Assembly: GCA_025786725.1 (NCBI GenBank)
Contig: JAHLTZ010000015.1
Span: forward strand, 372,001-436,000
DNA length: 64,000 nt
Direction: 5' to 3'
Source: Syncephalis fuscata S228
Taxonomy: Eukaryota > Fungi > Zoopagomycota
Position numbers and translations under genes: made by a program. The notes below the pieces were generated by a model, which was not told the origin of the DNA, ran no database searches, and saw only the letters and a list, made by a program, of their open reading frames with translations. Shown here piece by piece: positions 13,318-26,344 of this stretch. The stretch's first letter is position 1; each line of letters opens with the position of its first letter.

Positions 13318-16300
13318 TTAGGAGAATATCTTGATAACTGAATCAGCTCCACCGGTGGCCAGCCAAGATAACGTTGGATGGAAGCGTACCTGTAGGACAC
13401 CTTCATCAAGCTTTCGACGATGCGTGCCTACTTCTTGAATACATTTGAAGTTACGCATATCCCATAGTTTGACTGCACCGTCATGTCCTGTTAACACGTT
13501 AATTAGCGATGAATTAGTCTAATTAATAGTAAATATAATTAAAAATGGCTTACCTCCTGTAATTAATGTGGTACCCGTAGTATGAATATCAACACTAGAT
13601 ATAGCATCGCTGTGTGCTCTAGTCGATTGAATACATTGACCTATTACAGTATTAACTGAAGTGTATTTATTAATATATTATATTTACCTGAATTAAGATC
13701 AAAACTACGTAAATATTGATCCTCACTAACAGTAATAGCTACAGATGAGGTGGGATGAGTAATTACTCGATTGATTTGGGTGTCAGGTGTACGATCTATT
13801 AATTAACATAAAACATTAATAAATGTAATGTGATTAATACTAATTACTTACCACAGGTGTCGGGTGTTTGACACTCGAGTAATAATTTACCGGTTTCAAT
13901 ATCAAACAGTCGTAATGATGCATTACCATAAGCAACAATCATTTGGTTTGTATTTTGATGACTGAAATCAACCGATATTGGGTTAATGTCACGAGCTAAA
14001 TAGAAAGATGATTAACATTCATATCCCTAATAATATACTAACTTACTGAGATCGTTATCACCGCTTTCTGCTCCTTCATAACTAAATGAGTTACGTAATG
14101 GCGAATGCTCTTCATAAGTATCCCATAGCTTTACAGTTCCATCTGCTGCTGCTGATGCGATTAATTGACGTGTATCATGTTCGAAAGATGATGGCTGTAA
14201 TCGAAGATCCCATATAATATCAGAATGGCCAATAAATTGAGTCCTTAATACCGTTGCATCTATTAATTAGGGAATCAAGTAATCAAGTAATCAATTAGAT
14301 GTTAATATATCATTTATGTCAATTTTAATAAATAATTACCATGAGGTGAATAGAGTTCTGAATTGGTTCCAGGCATATTCCAAACCATAATAGCTGTATC
14401 AGCACCGGCTGAAAAACATTTATTCTGATTGCCACAAATCTGTACAGCATGGATTGCTCCTTGATGACCACGCATTGTTGCACGCGGTTCATATTCCGTT
14501 CTATTCAATAATTAAAATTATAGTTATATATATATATATATATATTAGCTTACGTTCTAGATATAGAAGTGGCCAATTCAGATAAATTCCATATCTTAAC
14601 TAGACCATCTTCGGATCCACTAGCTAAAATAAAATCACGTTCATGGAAATCAATGGTGCGTACTGTATCTAAATGACTAATTATTGTATTATTATTAATA
14701 ATAATTAAAGTTAATATATATATATATATATACCTTTGAAGAATACATCGTTGTCGCCACAACTTTTGTCCGTCTTCCGCATCATCGGTACCGTTAATCA
14801 TAGTCTAAGAATAATAATACATATTAGTTATTATTGAATATTATACCAGGATTAAGTTATATCTACCTGGTCCAAAGTAATTTCTTCAACAGTATCATAA
14901 TCAAAGAAATCGGATGCTTGTGGCGGATTTTTGTGTCCATTTCTCTCGATAACTGTTGTTACGCCACCGCTTGTTTCTGAGGTGAATTTATTATCCAATT
15001 TACCGCTATTATTGATATTCATCGACTGATCTGATAGATAGTTGCCTAGTAGTTGTTTATTATGATAAATAAATGAATAAATTAAAAAGTACTTGCAACT
15101 TACCACTGCATCTTCAAGCATGTTCTCATCATCGATTTCATCAACTTTAACACCAGCTAGAATAGGCGATCTTGGTGATTGTGCTATAATAGTGCTAGAA
15201 GGATGGTTACTGCCACCACTGCCTGTACTATTAGTGTCACCAGCCGCTCCTTCAGCCATAACATCGACATCAGCCGGTATAAATATAGTTTGTCGTTTAC
15301 GGCCTGAATTATAGTCATTTGTGCCGGCGAACGCACTTACACCGTCTAGGGACTTTGATGTAAGTTGAGGCGGTGAACGAATACCAGGCTGGTCGTCAGG
15401 TGTTGGATTAGAGGGACGTCGTGGACGTCGTTGGTTACCATGTGGTGGTGGCGGTGATCCAACTGTACCTATACCGCCACTCTCACCACTATTACTATTA
15501 CCACTGAGGCTGGCATCGACATCAATACGCGGTAAGCGCACCGTAGGTGGTGAATCAACTGGTGGCAGTGTAGGTGACGTTTCCTCGGACAGTTGTGTAT
15601 CATCACGAGCACGTAGACGATATTTGGCATCAATGGCCGCTAGAGTGGCATTTCTAGTCGCCGCATCTACATTAGGTCCTAATCCATTTACAGTGAATTC
15701 GTCCATTGGTAATACAATAGAGCCGGCCGCTGCCGCAGAGGTTGCATTTGTTAATTGTTCATTGCAAAAGCTTGTTAATTGATCCACTTCTTGTAAACAA
15801 CTACATTCAATTATATTTAGTGCGTATTTAGTATTGATTCAATAAACTTACAGTTTTAATACATCTCGACTTTTTACACGCGATTTCTGGGCAGATAGTG
15901 CCGTTTTAATTGATGCATTACTGCCAGACAATGGAGCTGCATCTGAACTTTTAGTACTATTTTCTGTAGCTGGTGTTATAGGAAGCATTGTTGAATCACG
16001 CGCTATTTAATATTAAAATATCCATTAATTAACAAATAGCTATATTAAATTGCATTCACGTACTTAGTGCTAATGATTCTGCTCCCAGTGTTGGCGGTGA
16101 TAAGGCCGATTCAACAGTTGCAGAAGATAAATCTACATTTCCTGACTTAAGTTGTTTGACTCTAATAAATACATAATACATAATACATAATATTAATATT
16201 AATTGAATCACAAAAATGTATTAAATAAATATATGATAATTAAAGTTACTTACCGTTCTAGTCGTAACACATGTTCAAACATCTTAATACGCCGTACTAA

Positions 16301-16568
16301 ATCAATTTTAATTGTATCTTGGCCGCGGCACTCTCCCTCCAGTACCATCACTCGAGCCTAACATGGATACTAGTTAGATAGGCATGTACAGTCGCTAATA
16401 GTCCATACTTGCCTTTAGTTCTGCTCGTTCTATCTCCCACTCGTTGCGTTCACGTTCGAACCGTCGCCATTCTTGTTGCAAATAGTGCAATACTCCTGGT
16501 AATGTATAGGTGGCGGGACCGTTCTCGGAAATCGACGATTTGTGCATATGCGATTGCGTGTGCAACAT
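13318..16568 (-). CDS. Striatin family STRIPAK scaffold (Far8/STRN): N-terminal striatin domain plus C-terminal WD40
   Basis: [41 protein letters not shown]...[13 protein letters not shown]; WD40 repeats ending HRRKLDEGV...[15 protein letters not shown]. Confidence 0.9.
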
Positions 16569-17297
16569 TGCTGTTTATAAAACAGAATAGACAAGTAAGT
16601 GTTGCGTGTTAGCTGATGGCTCGTTATAGTCGTGTATACTAAGTGAACAAAGATTCAAAGGTAGTGGTTGAAAAAGGGCTTGTTGTAGATAGAGTTTAGT
16701 CGACTAAAAGACAGATGACCAGTCTATATACCGCCTTCACAAGCTGATCCTCCATCCCGCTCTATCATCGCACTTACCTAAGGCACAGAACACCGTCTGT
16801 AGCAGTGGTTAAAGGTGGTTAGAGATGTTTTAGTTGAAGGAATAGCAAGTAGCAGAGATGTATACAAAGATAAACTAAGCAGCAAAAAGAGTTGGGCAAT
16901 GACGTAAAAGTATATTCATTCAGCCGCAGTAAAAGTCATTGAATGCTTTTGGTTTACTATTGGCAAACAGCCGTGTTCTAGCTGGGTGCACCGTCCAAAA
17001 GAGAAGTAGCAACGGTTCTGGTTGTAAAGAATAGCTACAGCAAGTATAGTGAGAATCAAAAGAAATGAAAAACTATCTGGTAAAAGTTTATTGGACCAAA
17101 GTATGACCTCCAGTCTAAAATAATGGTAATACGATGAACAATGATAACAATAATAAACACGCTGGCATTCGTATTAATAGTGTTAATGATGTGCTTATCA
17201 ACATAATCAATTATATTGATTAGTATTTTTCATTTCAACTTTTGTATTCTTTCAACGCTTCTTTACACTCTATCTATCTATCTATCTATTTATCATC

Positions 17298-18263
17298 ATG
17301 TCAATCGTTATTCTGATGGTGACTAGTGATGCGTCGCATTCTGAGCGACGCTTTAATAAAAGCATGTCTATTGAGGAATTAAAGGTAGTTAACGAGATGG
17401 CTATAAGAAATGCCCAGTAACTAACAGTTGGTCTTAGACTCGGCTAGAGCCCATCACTGGCATACCGTCGAGTTCTCAGACGCTTTCTATTTACGATAAG
17501 AATCGTTTGGTAGCAAGTGTGGTCGGAGACGATCGTATGTTGGGCTATTTCTCTCCCGAAGACTATATGGAACTCCGAGTGAGTATGACATAGTAGTTGG
17601 CCATGCTATCATTAATCGATACAAAAATAGGTGGGCGACACGCGGCCTGTAAGTGTACGTGAACAATATACGGACGTATCACAAGTTGAGAAATACGAAA
17701 TGCCTGATGAAGAGTACGCTAAACGATCGGGTAAGATTATATTAGTATAATAAATAAAATATTATTAATAACGTAAATTAATGTATCTATTATTATAATA
17801 TAGATTCAATGTTGGCATTTAAACGACGTAATAAATTGGGTCGATTTGCTGATGGTGCAAGTATGTCTTCGATGGGAAGTACTGAAATGGATGAAAATTT
17901 CGGTGAAAAGGAAGCGAGTGAGATTAGTGTTGGTGATCGGTGTCAAGTAGATTTATCGGGCGGAGGCTATCTTAAACGAGGTGTCGTTCGCTTTGTAGGT
18001 AAGTAAATATTCTTTTATTATGTAAATACAAATACGTTTATTTCTAATTATTATTGGTAACAATAGGTAAAACTGAATTCAAGTCAGGCTATTGGATTGG
18101 CATACAATATGATGAACCAGTGGGCAAAAATAATGGTACTGTGCAAGGAAAAAGCTACTTTGAATGTTTGCCCAATTACGGCTCTTTTGTAAGACCGACA
18201 GCGGTAACTGTAGGCGATTTCCCCGAAGAAGATATCGATTTAGATGAATTGGATGAAATTTAG
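17298..18263 (+). CDS. TBCB: Tubulin-folding cofactor B (ubiquitin-like plus CAP-Gly), multi-exon
   Basis: [46 protein letters not shown]-Gly [27 protein letters not shown], acidic DEI C-terminus. Confidence 0.92.
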
Positions 18264-18618
18264 ACAATCGATTGGGTTGCTTAGCATGTTTTAAAAAATA
18301 AAATAAATATTTCTGAAACATTCTAATGGAATATGCTGCTTTTTTTACGTGATTTCAAATTACGAAAAGAATACTAAAACTGCACAATAACTGTTCAATA
18401 AGACGATAAACGACCAGACATGGTATATAATTAGAATAATTGTTTTATTAATGACTTTTTATATTGATATAACTAGTGCTTCTTTTTATTCGCAACTATG
18501 TATAAATACGTAATATATCTATTAGCCTAATAAAACATTGTTATATTCTTCAGAGCTTAAAAAGCTCCATTTTCAAACAATTTTAGGCTGTAACATTTTA
18601 TAAATTATTACTTTTACT

Positions 18619-18960
18619 ATAAGTAAATTAGCTTACTTTGCTATTGTGACTACATACATTTGTATGATTATTTCGAGTAGTTCATTGATTGAAGCCAAGT
18701 ATACAGAAATTGGTAGTAAGCGTTTATATGTATATTATATTTTACAGCTATTTTAATAATGTTTGGTAGCTAAATTTAGAACTACTGGGCCTGGATATCA
18801 ATATCTAAACAATTCTACTAACCAAAAAATACACAAACTAACGAGAATTGATTGGGGTGGTAGTTTTAATTCAGTAAATATTGCTGATGCTACATGGGAT
18901 AATCAACACAGATTTCTTAAATGTGCATGGGATTCTGAAGAAAATGATACTTTTGAGTAA
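18619..18960 (+). pseudogene. Truncated remnant of a secreted-protein gene, possibly kinase-like
   Basis: Signal-peptide-like frame (I)SKLAYFAIVTTYICMIISSSSLIEA begins with ATA rather than ATG. A GT-AG intron follows, then exon AKFRTTGPG...WGGSFNSVNIADATWDNQHRFLKC and a GTAAGA donor with no further exon. Confidence 0.35.
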
Positions 18961-20474
18961 GATACTATTATTATTATTATTTATAAATACTGAGTTATTT
19001 TACTTTGAGTCCCATACTGTTGTATGCTGCATGTACATATAGTTGCTAAATGAATGAGATGAATGAGTTAAGATTTATTAATAATCTCTCTAAACCAAAA
19101 TAATAACTGCAGTAGCTAACACGTATTTACTAGACAATAAATTAGTATATGATTTAAGGAATATGTGATACGGAGTGCCGATTAGCAATGTTAAAGTTAT
19201 TGAGCATATATGCATAAGCAGATGGCTGACATAAGTCGGAATTTTTAATAATAAGCTAGAACAAAAATAAAAATAGCATTGGATAGAGGGAGGCTAAATA
19301 AGTATAAAATGATATAGAAATAATAAACATATGGTAAGTATAAAAATGATATCAAAGTTATAGTTTATATAGCGTAATGAGGGAATAAATAAATCATATA
19401 AGGACATACAATGAACAGAATGTGTCTAGTATATCATAGAGTAATATATAATAGTATAGTATAGGACGGGAATGATATAGCTGAATAGAGTATATATGCA
19501 TACTGGATAATAATCTACAATAACGAGTATTTGATGACTGATGTCACTCACCACCCATCATCATGTTCAATAGATTGGATGTTATTAAATGTTATCTTTA
19601 TTTAATTAATAAATAATGTAGTATATACAAGTCATAAATTGAATCGCATTGTACATATAAAGACTGTGAATAAATTGAAATACAGATGAGGGAATTGTTC
19701 AAGTAATGGAATAAAAGAAAGAATAAAAAGCAACCGCATAAAATCAAGTATAGTTATAGAATAATGTCATTAGTAAAACAATGACAGCATTACCAAAAAG
19801 AGTATTTTGTAGATTAATATCTAAAAATCACTGTTGCATAACACTTTTAAGGCAACATAGTTAAAATTTGACATCAATACATTCATAAAATTAATGTAAT
19901 GTTCTACTAGCTATATAAATAATTAAAATGGATACATTTTAATAGGTCTGAGTTCATTACAACTGTGTACACGCACTATTTGGCCTTTCAAAAATAATTA
20001 CAATTTATCAATAAAAATACATGTAATGATAAAGCGATAATTCTTACATCAGTATTCTACAAAGTCATGCAAAGTATGCAACAGTTGTTATAAATGATAC
20101 AAAGATATAATGTGTAAAATTAGTATTAGTAATGTTGAAACATATGTTTTTATTGAAGAAAAAATACAAACTACAAACGAAACATCTATATAGAAAAGAA
20201 AACGTTTATTAAAGAGTGTTTAAGCTGTAATGAACGCCATTACAAAAAACGAGGTGCGATATAAGAAAAAAAGGATTTAATTAATAAATAATGTTTTGTT
20301 TTTAAAATTTAAAACAGTCTATTTTGGTAAATTCACCAACTTTCTTCGTGTACATTTAAATTATTACAGAAACAGTTAAAATTATTTTAAATAGTATAAA
20401 AACTATATAAACTAAACATTTGCTTTATTGTTGCAGTTATCGCATTGCTCAAACTGGTAATTGACATATCAAGT

Positions 20475-22402
20475 TTAGTCGTCGTTGCATTCTAACACGT
20501 CGTAGATTGGCTGAATGTCGATGGGCACGCTAGAAAGATGATTTAGCGCATCTTGTGTATAGTCGCGATTAATACCATATTTAGATAGGAATGCTTGAGC
20601 ACGTGATTTGTCACCATCTCCTTGAATGAGTAGAATTTCGCGAGTAAGTGCACTGACGGCTGCTTCCATACGACTGAAGTTGACGCGGAATCGCTTAGTA
20701 GCAGCATCATACTCAAAGCCACCCTGATCGATCAAAAAATTAAGCTGGGCAGCTTGCCCACGGCCATGTGCTTCGAGTAAGCCAAAACGAATAGAACGGA
20801 ATGCCGATGCCAAATAGGTGACGTAGAAAGATTCGAGTGTAATGCCTGTAATAATGCCCTTCTTCAACAAATAGGCAGCAGCAAACAAACCGGTAATATC
20901 TAATTGGCTTTAATCAATATTATTATGTTAAATAAATAAATGGTACCAACCTGCTTTTGCTTCCTCTAATGTGCTATGCAATTCTTGTAGACGACTGCGC
21001 ACAGTCACATCTGGCTTATTAATAACATGATGTGGACCATTGCTGTGAGCTACTTCGTGCAACAGAATGTGAGTGAAGAAAGCGTCAAAGTTAACGTGCT
21101 TTAATTGATCCTCGGCCAGAACAATACGGGCAATTGGTTCTAGAATACGCGAAAATTTGCCTATATATACTAATTAGTGTTTTTATCTATACTAATATCA
21201 AATTAGTTACCTTCTTGTACATTTTTGATAATTACTAGTTTGGAGCCACCTTCCTTAATAGCACGCTCGTCATTTGGCAAGTTGTAGGCAGCAGTCATAG
21301 GAACGGCAGTGTCTCCAGATGCATAAAGCTGGTTGACAACAACAATGGGTGTAGCGCGCAAATCAGTATTCTTGTAGTTATCGGGTATGGGCAGTTGTTT
21401 TTCCACGTCGCTTAGTGTGTCCGTGAATTTGTGTAGCATGGCAGAGCTTTTAAAATCACGAGCGTGAATGTACATTTCATAGGCTGATTTGTAGGCAAAT
21501 AGAGCATCGGTATATACTTCGTATGGTCCACAGGTAACTAGTGGCGATGGTCAGTATATAGGTATGGTTAGTAAAATGGCCATCTTACCTTCTAAGGCGC
21601 TGTCGTTGCTAATGCTTAACCAGTCAATTTCACTGGGCAAATAGTTGTTGCTAATAAATGCCTCGCCACGGGATGCAAGGAATTTACGTAATGATGCATT
21701 GGATACAGTAGTAGATGCCTCCTTCATTAGTTTGGAGGCAGGTGCAAGAAATTCAGCGTATTCTTGTGAGAATGGCTTTAGATGTAGCTTGCCTGCGGCG
21801 TCGCGGCGAACAACATGATAAAATCCTTGTGCTTGATCACGCTCTGTTGGGCTAAGTGTAGCTGTCCAGCTTTCAAATTCTTCACGTGTCATATCCTCTG
21901 GGTAGAAGTTGCCACCATCGGGACGGGATGGAATACCCGGCAAGAATGGCTCATTATGCTCAACTCGGTCCCAAGGACCTTTGAAAAGGCGGAAAAGCTG
22001 CAATGCTTTCGTATCATTGCCATGTTCTAAGTTCTTTTCAAGTGCCTCGTTGCCGGACCATGCTTGATGAAGATAAAGCTGATTGAGCAATTTTCCTGCT
22101 TTGACCAACTTGCGAATGGCCGCCCGGTCCCCGCTTGGTAAAGTTTTAAGGTCGATACCAAAATGAACTGGTGAAAATCGAGCTAGACGTTGACCGATAG
22201 TAAGACTCATGGTGGCGGCAGAGTTATTTAAAGTAGAAAGCGGTTGACTTGAGACGTTTGGGAGAAAGGCCATGGGTGTTACGCAATAGGTTAAGGCGGA
22301 AAAGGCGGCGGCTGAAGCTAGCCAAGTGACGCACCGAGCCAGACGGTGGCTTTTGGCCATAGAAGTGCGGTGTAGCTGATTTATATGGACGCTTTTCTCC
22401 AT
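20475..22402 (-). CDS. Peptidase family M49 (dipeptidyl peptidase III-like), HExxH type; 4 exons; hydrophobic N-terminus
   Basis: GGNFYPEDMTREEF, CGPYEVYTDALFAYKSAYE, AYNLPNDER, KNVQEGKF, LLHEVAHSNGPH, LEEAKADITG, FRSIRFG..EAHGRG. Confidence 0.88.
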
Positions 22403-23528
22403 TTTAAAAACAGCTAATAATAAGTATATACGGCGAGGATAACAGATAGTAAAATAGCCAAAGCAGTTTTACAAACACTGAATGTTAAGGCTAATTGATT
22501 TGCACAAAGTATCAGCAAGAACTACGGGCTAATTTAGTAAATAAAACGATATTACTTGTCGGAACAAACGTAGTGTTTAATATCGTAAAGAGGAAGACGT
22601 TGGTGAATATCTCAGACAACAGAATATTTTACTTGTTATTTATGAGTATGAATGACACAGTGGTACATTCAAAGAAGGCATGCTCGTGGTGATACAAGAA
22701 ACCGGTTCTGTAGCCACCAGCTTAATCATTATAGCTGAGCAAATTTAGCCTATAGCAATATTAATATTAATAATATGTTATGTTTGTATTGCTATGTGAT
22801 AATGTCTGCACTGTTATAATTTAATCAATTTAATGTGTTGTTGGTAAGGCTGTAGTAAATATAAAATTTATACTAAATCTAAAAACATAATTAAAAGCAA
22901 TATAATTCTTTATCAATGTTCTTTTCGGCTTAGTACCACCATTCTGTGTACTACAACAGCGCTACCGCACCGGTTATTACCGCTTTGTGTTTTCTTGTTA
23001 TAATGCTACACTTTTGTTACCAGAATAAAGCAAAAACAATATAAACACTTTGGATAAAACACAGTAAATATTAGAAAGTAAGACAAAAAAATGTTGATAT
23101 GAATAAAGTATATTGTTTATTATTCGGTTTAAAATATTGTTTAGCATATATTATAACTATAATAAAGGCAAGACAAAAACGTTATATAATATCAAAAATA
23201 GACATCTACTCATTAGGCAATATTTAAATGACTAAGGTAAATATAATAAAGTTAATAGCATTGTGTTAATGATACTTTTATGTCATCTGGTGAGCAAGTA
23301 GTTTAGTCACAAAATATAGCGTGTTTATATTCGCTATTTTAGCTGTCTTACTAATATTGCATGTTGGTAGCTAACACAAGTGGTTGGTAAAACTAGCGTT
23401 GCGCTGTCATATGATTGTTGTTAAAAAATTAATTCAATGCAAATTGAGTGTTTAACTCAATATTTTTTAGTCTTATCTCCTATTGGATCGAAGGTATAGC
23501 CGTAAGCTAAAAAAACTATATAGCTAAC

Positions 23529-23787
23529 TTTTTACATTGTGTTCATAATATATAGTAACAAAAATAAACATATAATGCTTTTTATAAATAACGTGTAATG
23601 CTGTATTGCCATTTACCTTTAATAATAAGGCAGTGTATCAGTGCAATACTATGATTTTAATATGAAATACTATAGCTGGTATATGCATGTATTTTTGAGG
23701 TACTTTTGTGCTTAAAATAGATCAATATCAATAGTCGTTTCAAGCAAATATTAATAATTTGGCTGCAAAACACTTTAAAGGCTACAG
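23529..23787 (+). repeat. ~260-bp non-coding block duplicated near-identically at 26085-26344
   Basis: tttttacattg...cactttaaaggctacag is present at both sites with few differences. Confidence 0.9.
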
Positions 23788-24768
23788 CACTAGCTATAGC
23801 CTAAACTATATTTCACTCAGTGCGTTAAAGTATAATGTATGGCTGTGTAGCCAAACTATTGTTTTGACTATTGGTATTAAAATGCCAATATTTAAAAAAA
23901 CTATTTTATAATGTATTAGTAACAAAACTGTCAGCTTACAATTAATAGTTTAATGTCTTTAATCAATAGCTATTGCATGATTCAAGCTATAAACATTAAT
24001 GTTCCATCACATTTGTTATTGGTGTACTATACACTTTTCAATTTGTTAAAAGGTAGGTGGCGCTATAATATGTCTATTTTATTTGCCAAGAATATAAAAA
24101 TATAACATCGTTTAGACCAGTTAAAAACTAGTTGATAGTTGATAGTATGATGCTTTCCGACCCAAGGCCCTGCACAGCAAGGTAAGCCATGAAAAAATAG
24201 AAATCTATAAATATTACATCACAGTAGCCAATCAAATAATAAGGATTTTGTAAAACAGCCCTTATCCGTTGCATTGAAAATTCTGACGCAGCTCTAGACC
24301 TTTATTCTAAGAAGTAACAGTCGCTGCCTTGCGTAATTTACTAGCAACCAAAATGCACTATTATCAAATGTAAACAAATTTATTAGTATGTTGAATACTT
24401 TAGAAATTTATTATCTCAAATGCAGCATAAACACTAAAATTACCGTTAACAAATAAAAGCATTAACTCAACATTTATATATATATTGTTGCATTACGTCT
24501 ATAATCCAAATTTAATTATATTTTTGGAATAGGCAATACGATGCATGGATTGCTAAAATTAAATTTCATGTTTGATGATATGAATAGATAGCTGTAAATA
24601 AACAGATCTAGTTTAGTTTATCAAGCTCGCTTACACTGGCTATATAAACCCGGACTTTCGGTATTTTTTTAAACCATTATTCACAGCAACCTCTCATTTA
24701 AGCACATTATCAAGATTTAAACCACTTTTTTGACCATTTTCTACTAAATTTAGCTAAATTTTAACAAA

Positions 24769-25824
24769 ATGAATCCAAATACTTTATCATTAGCCTCCGC
24801 TGCACTTATCGTGCTTGCATGCATATCCTCTAATGCTCAATTGGCACAGGCTATGCCCAATTATCCAACTTATCCAGATTATGGTGGCTATCCAGTATCT
24901 TATCCTCCAGTAACTACTACTGGTGCAGCCTCCTATCCTCCGGTAACTACTACTGGTGCAGCTTCCTATCCTCCAGTAACTACTACTAGTGCAGCTTCAT
25001 ATCCTCCAGTAATCACTACTAGTGTAGAACCATATCCTCCAGTAACTACTACTGATGCAGCTTCCTATCCTCCAGTAACTACTACTGGCGCAACCTCCTA
25101 TCCTCCAGTAACTACTACTGGTGCAGCTTCATATCCTCCAGTAATCACTACTAGTGCAGCTTCCTATCCTCCGGTAACTACTACTGGTGCAGCTTCCTAT
25201 CCTCCAGTAATCACTACTAGTGCAGCTTCCTATCCTCCGGTAACTACTACTGGTGCAGCTTCCTATCCTCCAGTAACTACTACTGGTGCAGCTTCATATC
25301 CTCCAGTAACTACTACTGGTGCAGCTTCCTATCCTCCAGTAACTACTACTGGTGCAGCCTCCTATCCTCCGGTAACTACTACTGGTGCAGCTTCCTATCC
25401 TCCAGTAACTACTACTAGTGCAGCTTCATATCCTCCAGTAATCACTACTAGTGTAGAACCATATCCTCCAGTAACTACTACTGATGCAGCTTCCTATCCT
25501 CCAGTAACTACTACTGATGCAGCTTCCTATCCTCCAGTAACTACTACTAGTGCAGCTTCATATCCTCCAGTAGTCACTACTAGTGTAGAACCATATCCTC
25601 CAGTAACTACTACTGATGCAGCTTCCTATCCTCCAGTAACTACTACTGGCGCAACCTCCTATCCTCCAGTAACTACTACTGGTGCAGCTTCATATCCTCC
25701 AGTAACTACTACTGGTGCAGCTTCCTATCCTCCAGTAACTACTGCTAGTACAACTTCCTATCCTCAGCCCACCAAATACTCAGCTTCTCGTTCTCCAGTA
25801 AACGCTTACCAAGCTCAATATTAA
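24769..25824 (+). CDS. Secreted Pro/Thr/Tyr-rich mucin/extensin-like protein with about 26 x 11-aa repeats (SYPPVTTTGAA)
   Basis: Signal peptide MNPNTLSLASAALIVLACISSNAQLAQA; 33-bp tandem repeat; upstream TATA (ctatataaac near 24640); no introns. Confidence 0.85.
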   Translation: MNPNTLSLASAALIVLACISSNAQLAQAMPNYPTYPDYGGYPVSYPPVTTTGAASYPPVTTTGAASYPPVTTTSAASYPPVITTSVEPYPPVTTTDAASYPPVTTTGATSYPPVTTTGAASYPPVITTSAASYPPVTTTGAASYPPVITTSAASYPPVTTTGAASYPPVTTTGAASYPPVTTTGAASYPPVTTTGAASYPPVTTTGAASYPPVTTTSAASYPPVITTSVEPYPPVTTTDAASYPPVTTTDAASYPPVTTTSAASYPPVVTTSVEPYPPVTTTDAASYPPVTTTGATSYPPVTTTGAASYPPVTTTGAASYPPVTTASTTSYPQPTKYSASRSPVNAYQAQY

Positions 25825-26084
25825 TATTCAACATTTATCGGTGACATATGCAAGGTTTATATTCTAATTACAAATCACTAGTCGCACAAGTAATCGTTTT
25901 TATAAATTTGCATACACTTTGTTTTGGAATTTGACTTTTTATTTGTCGTATGTCTTTTTGATTGATTCAAATATTTGGTGATTATAATCAAGTTTTAAAA
26001 TAAATGCTCATTTAAAGTAAAAAAATGCCATGCTTATTAGTACAGCTTTAATAATATTATTACCAGTAAATTACACTAAAGTCT

Positions 26085-26344
26085 TTTTTACATTGCGTTC
26101 ATAGTATATAGTAACAAAAATAAACATATAATGCTTTTTATAAATAACGTGTAATACTGTATTGCCATTTACCTTTAATAATAAGGCAGTGTATCAGTGC
26201 AATACTATGAATTTTAATATGAAATACTATAGCTGGTATATGCATGTATTTTTGAGGTACTTTTGTGCTTAAAATAGATCAATATCAATAGCCGTTTCGA
26301 GCAAATATTAATAATTTGGCTGCAAAACACTTTAAAGGCTACAG
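26085..26344 (+). repeat. Second copy of the 23529-23787 block
   Basis: Direct sequence match. Confidence 0.9.
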
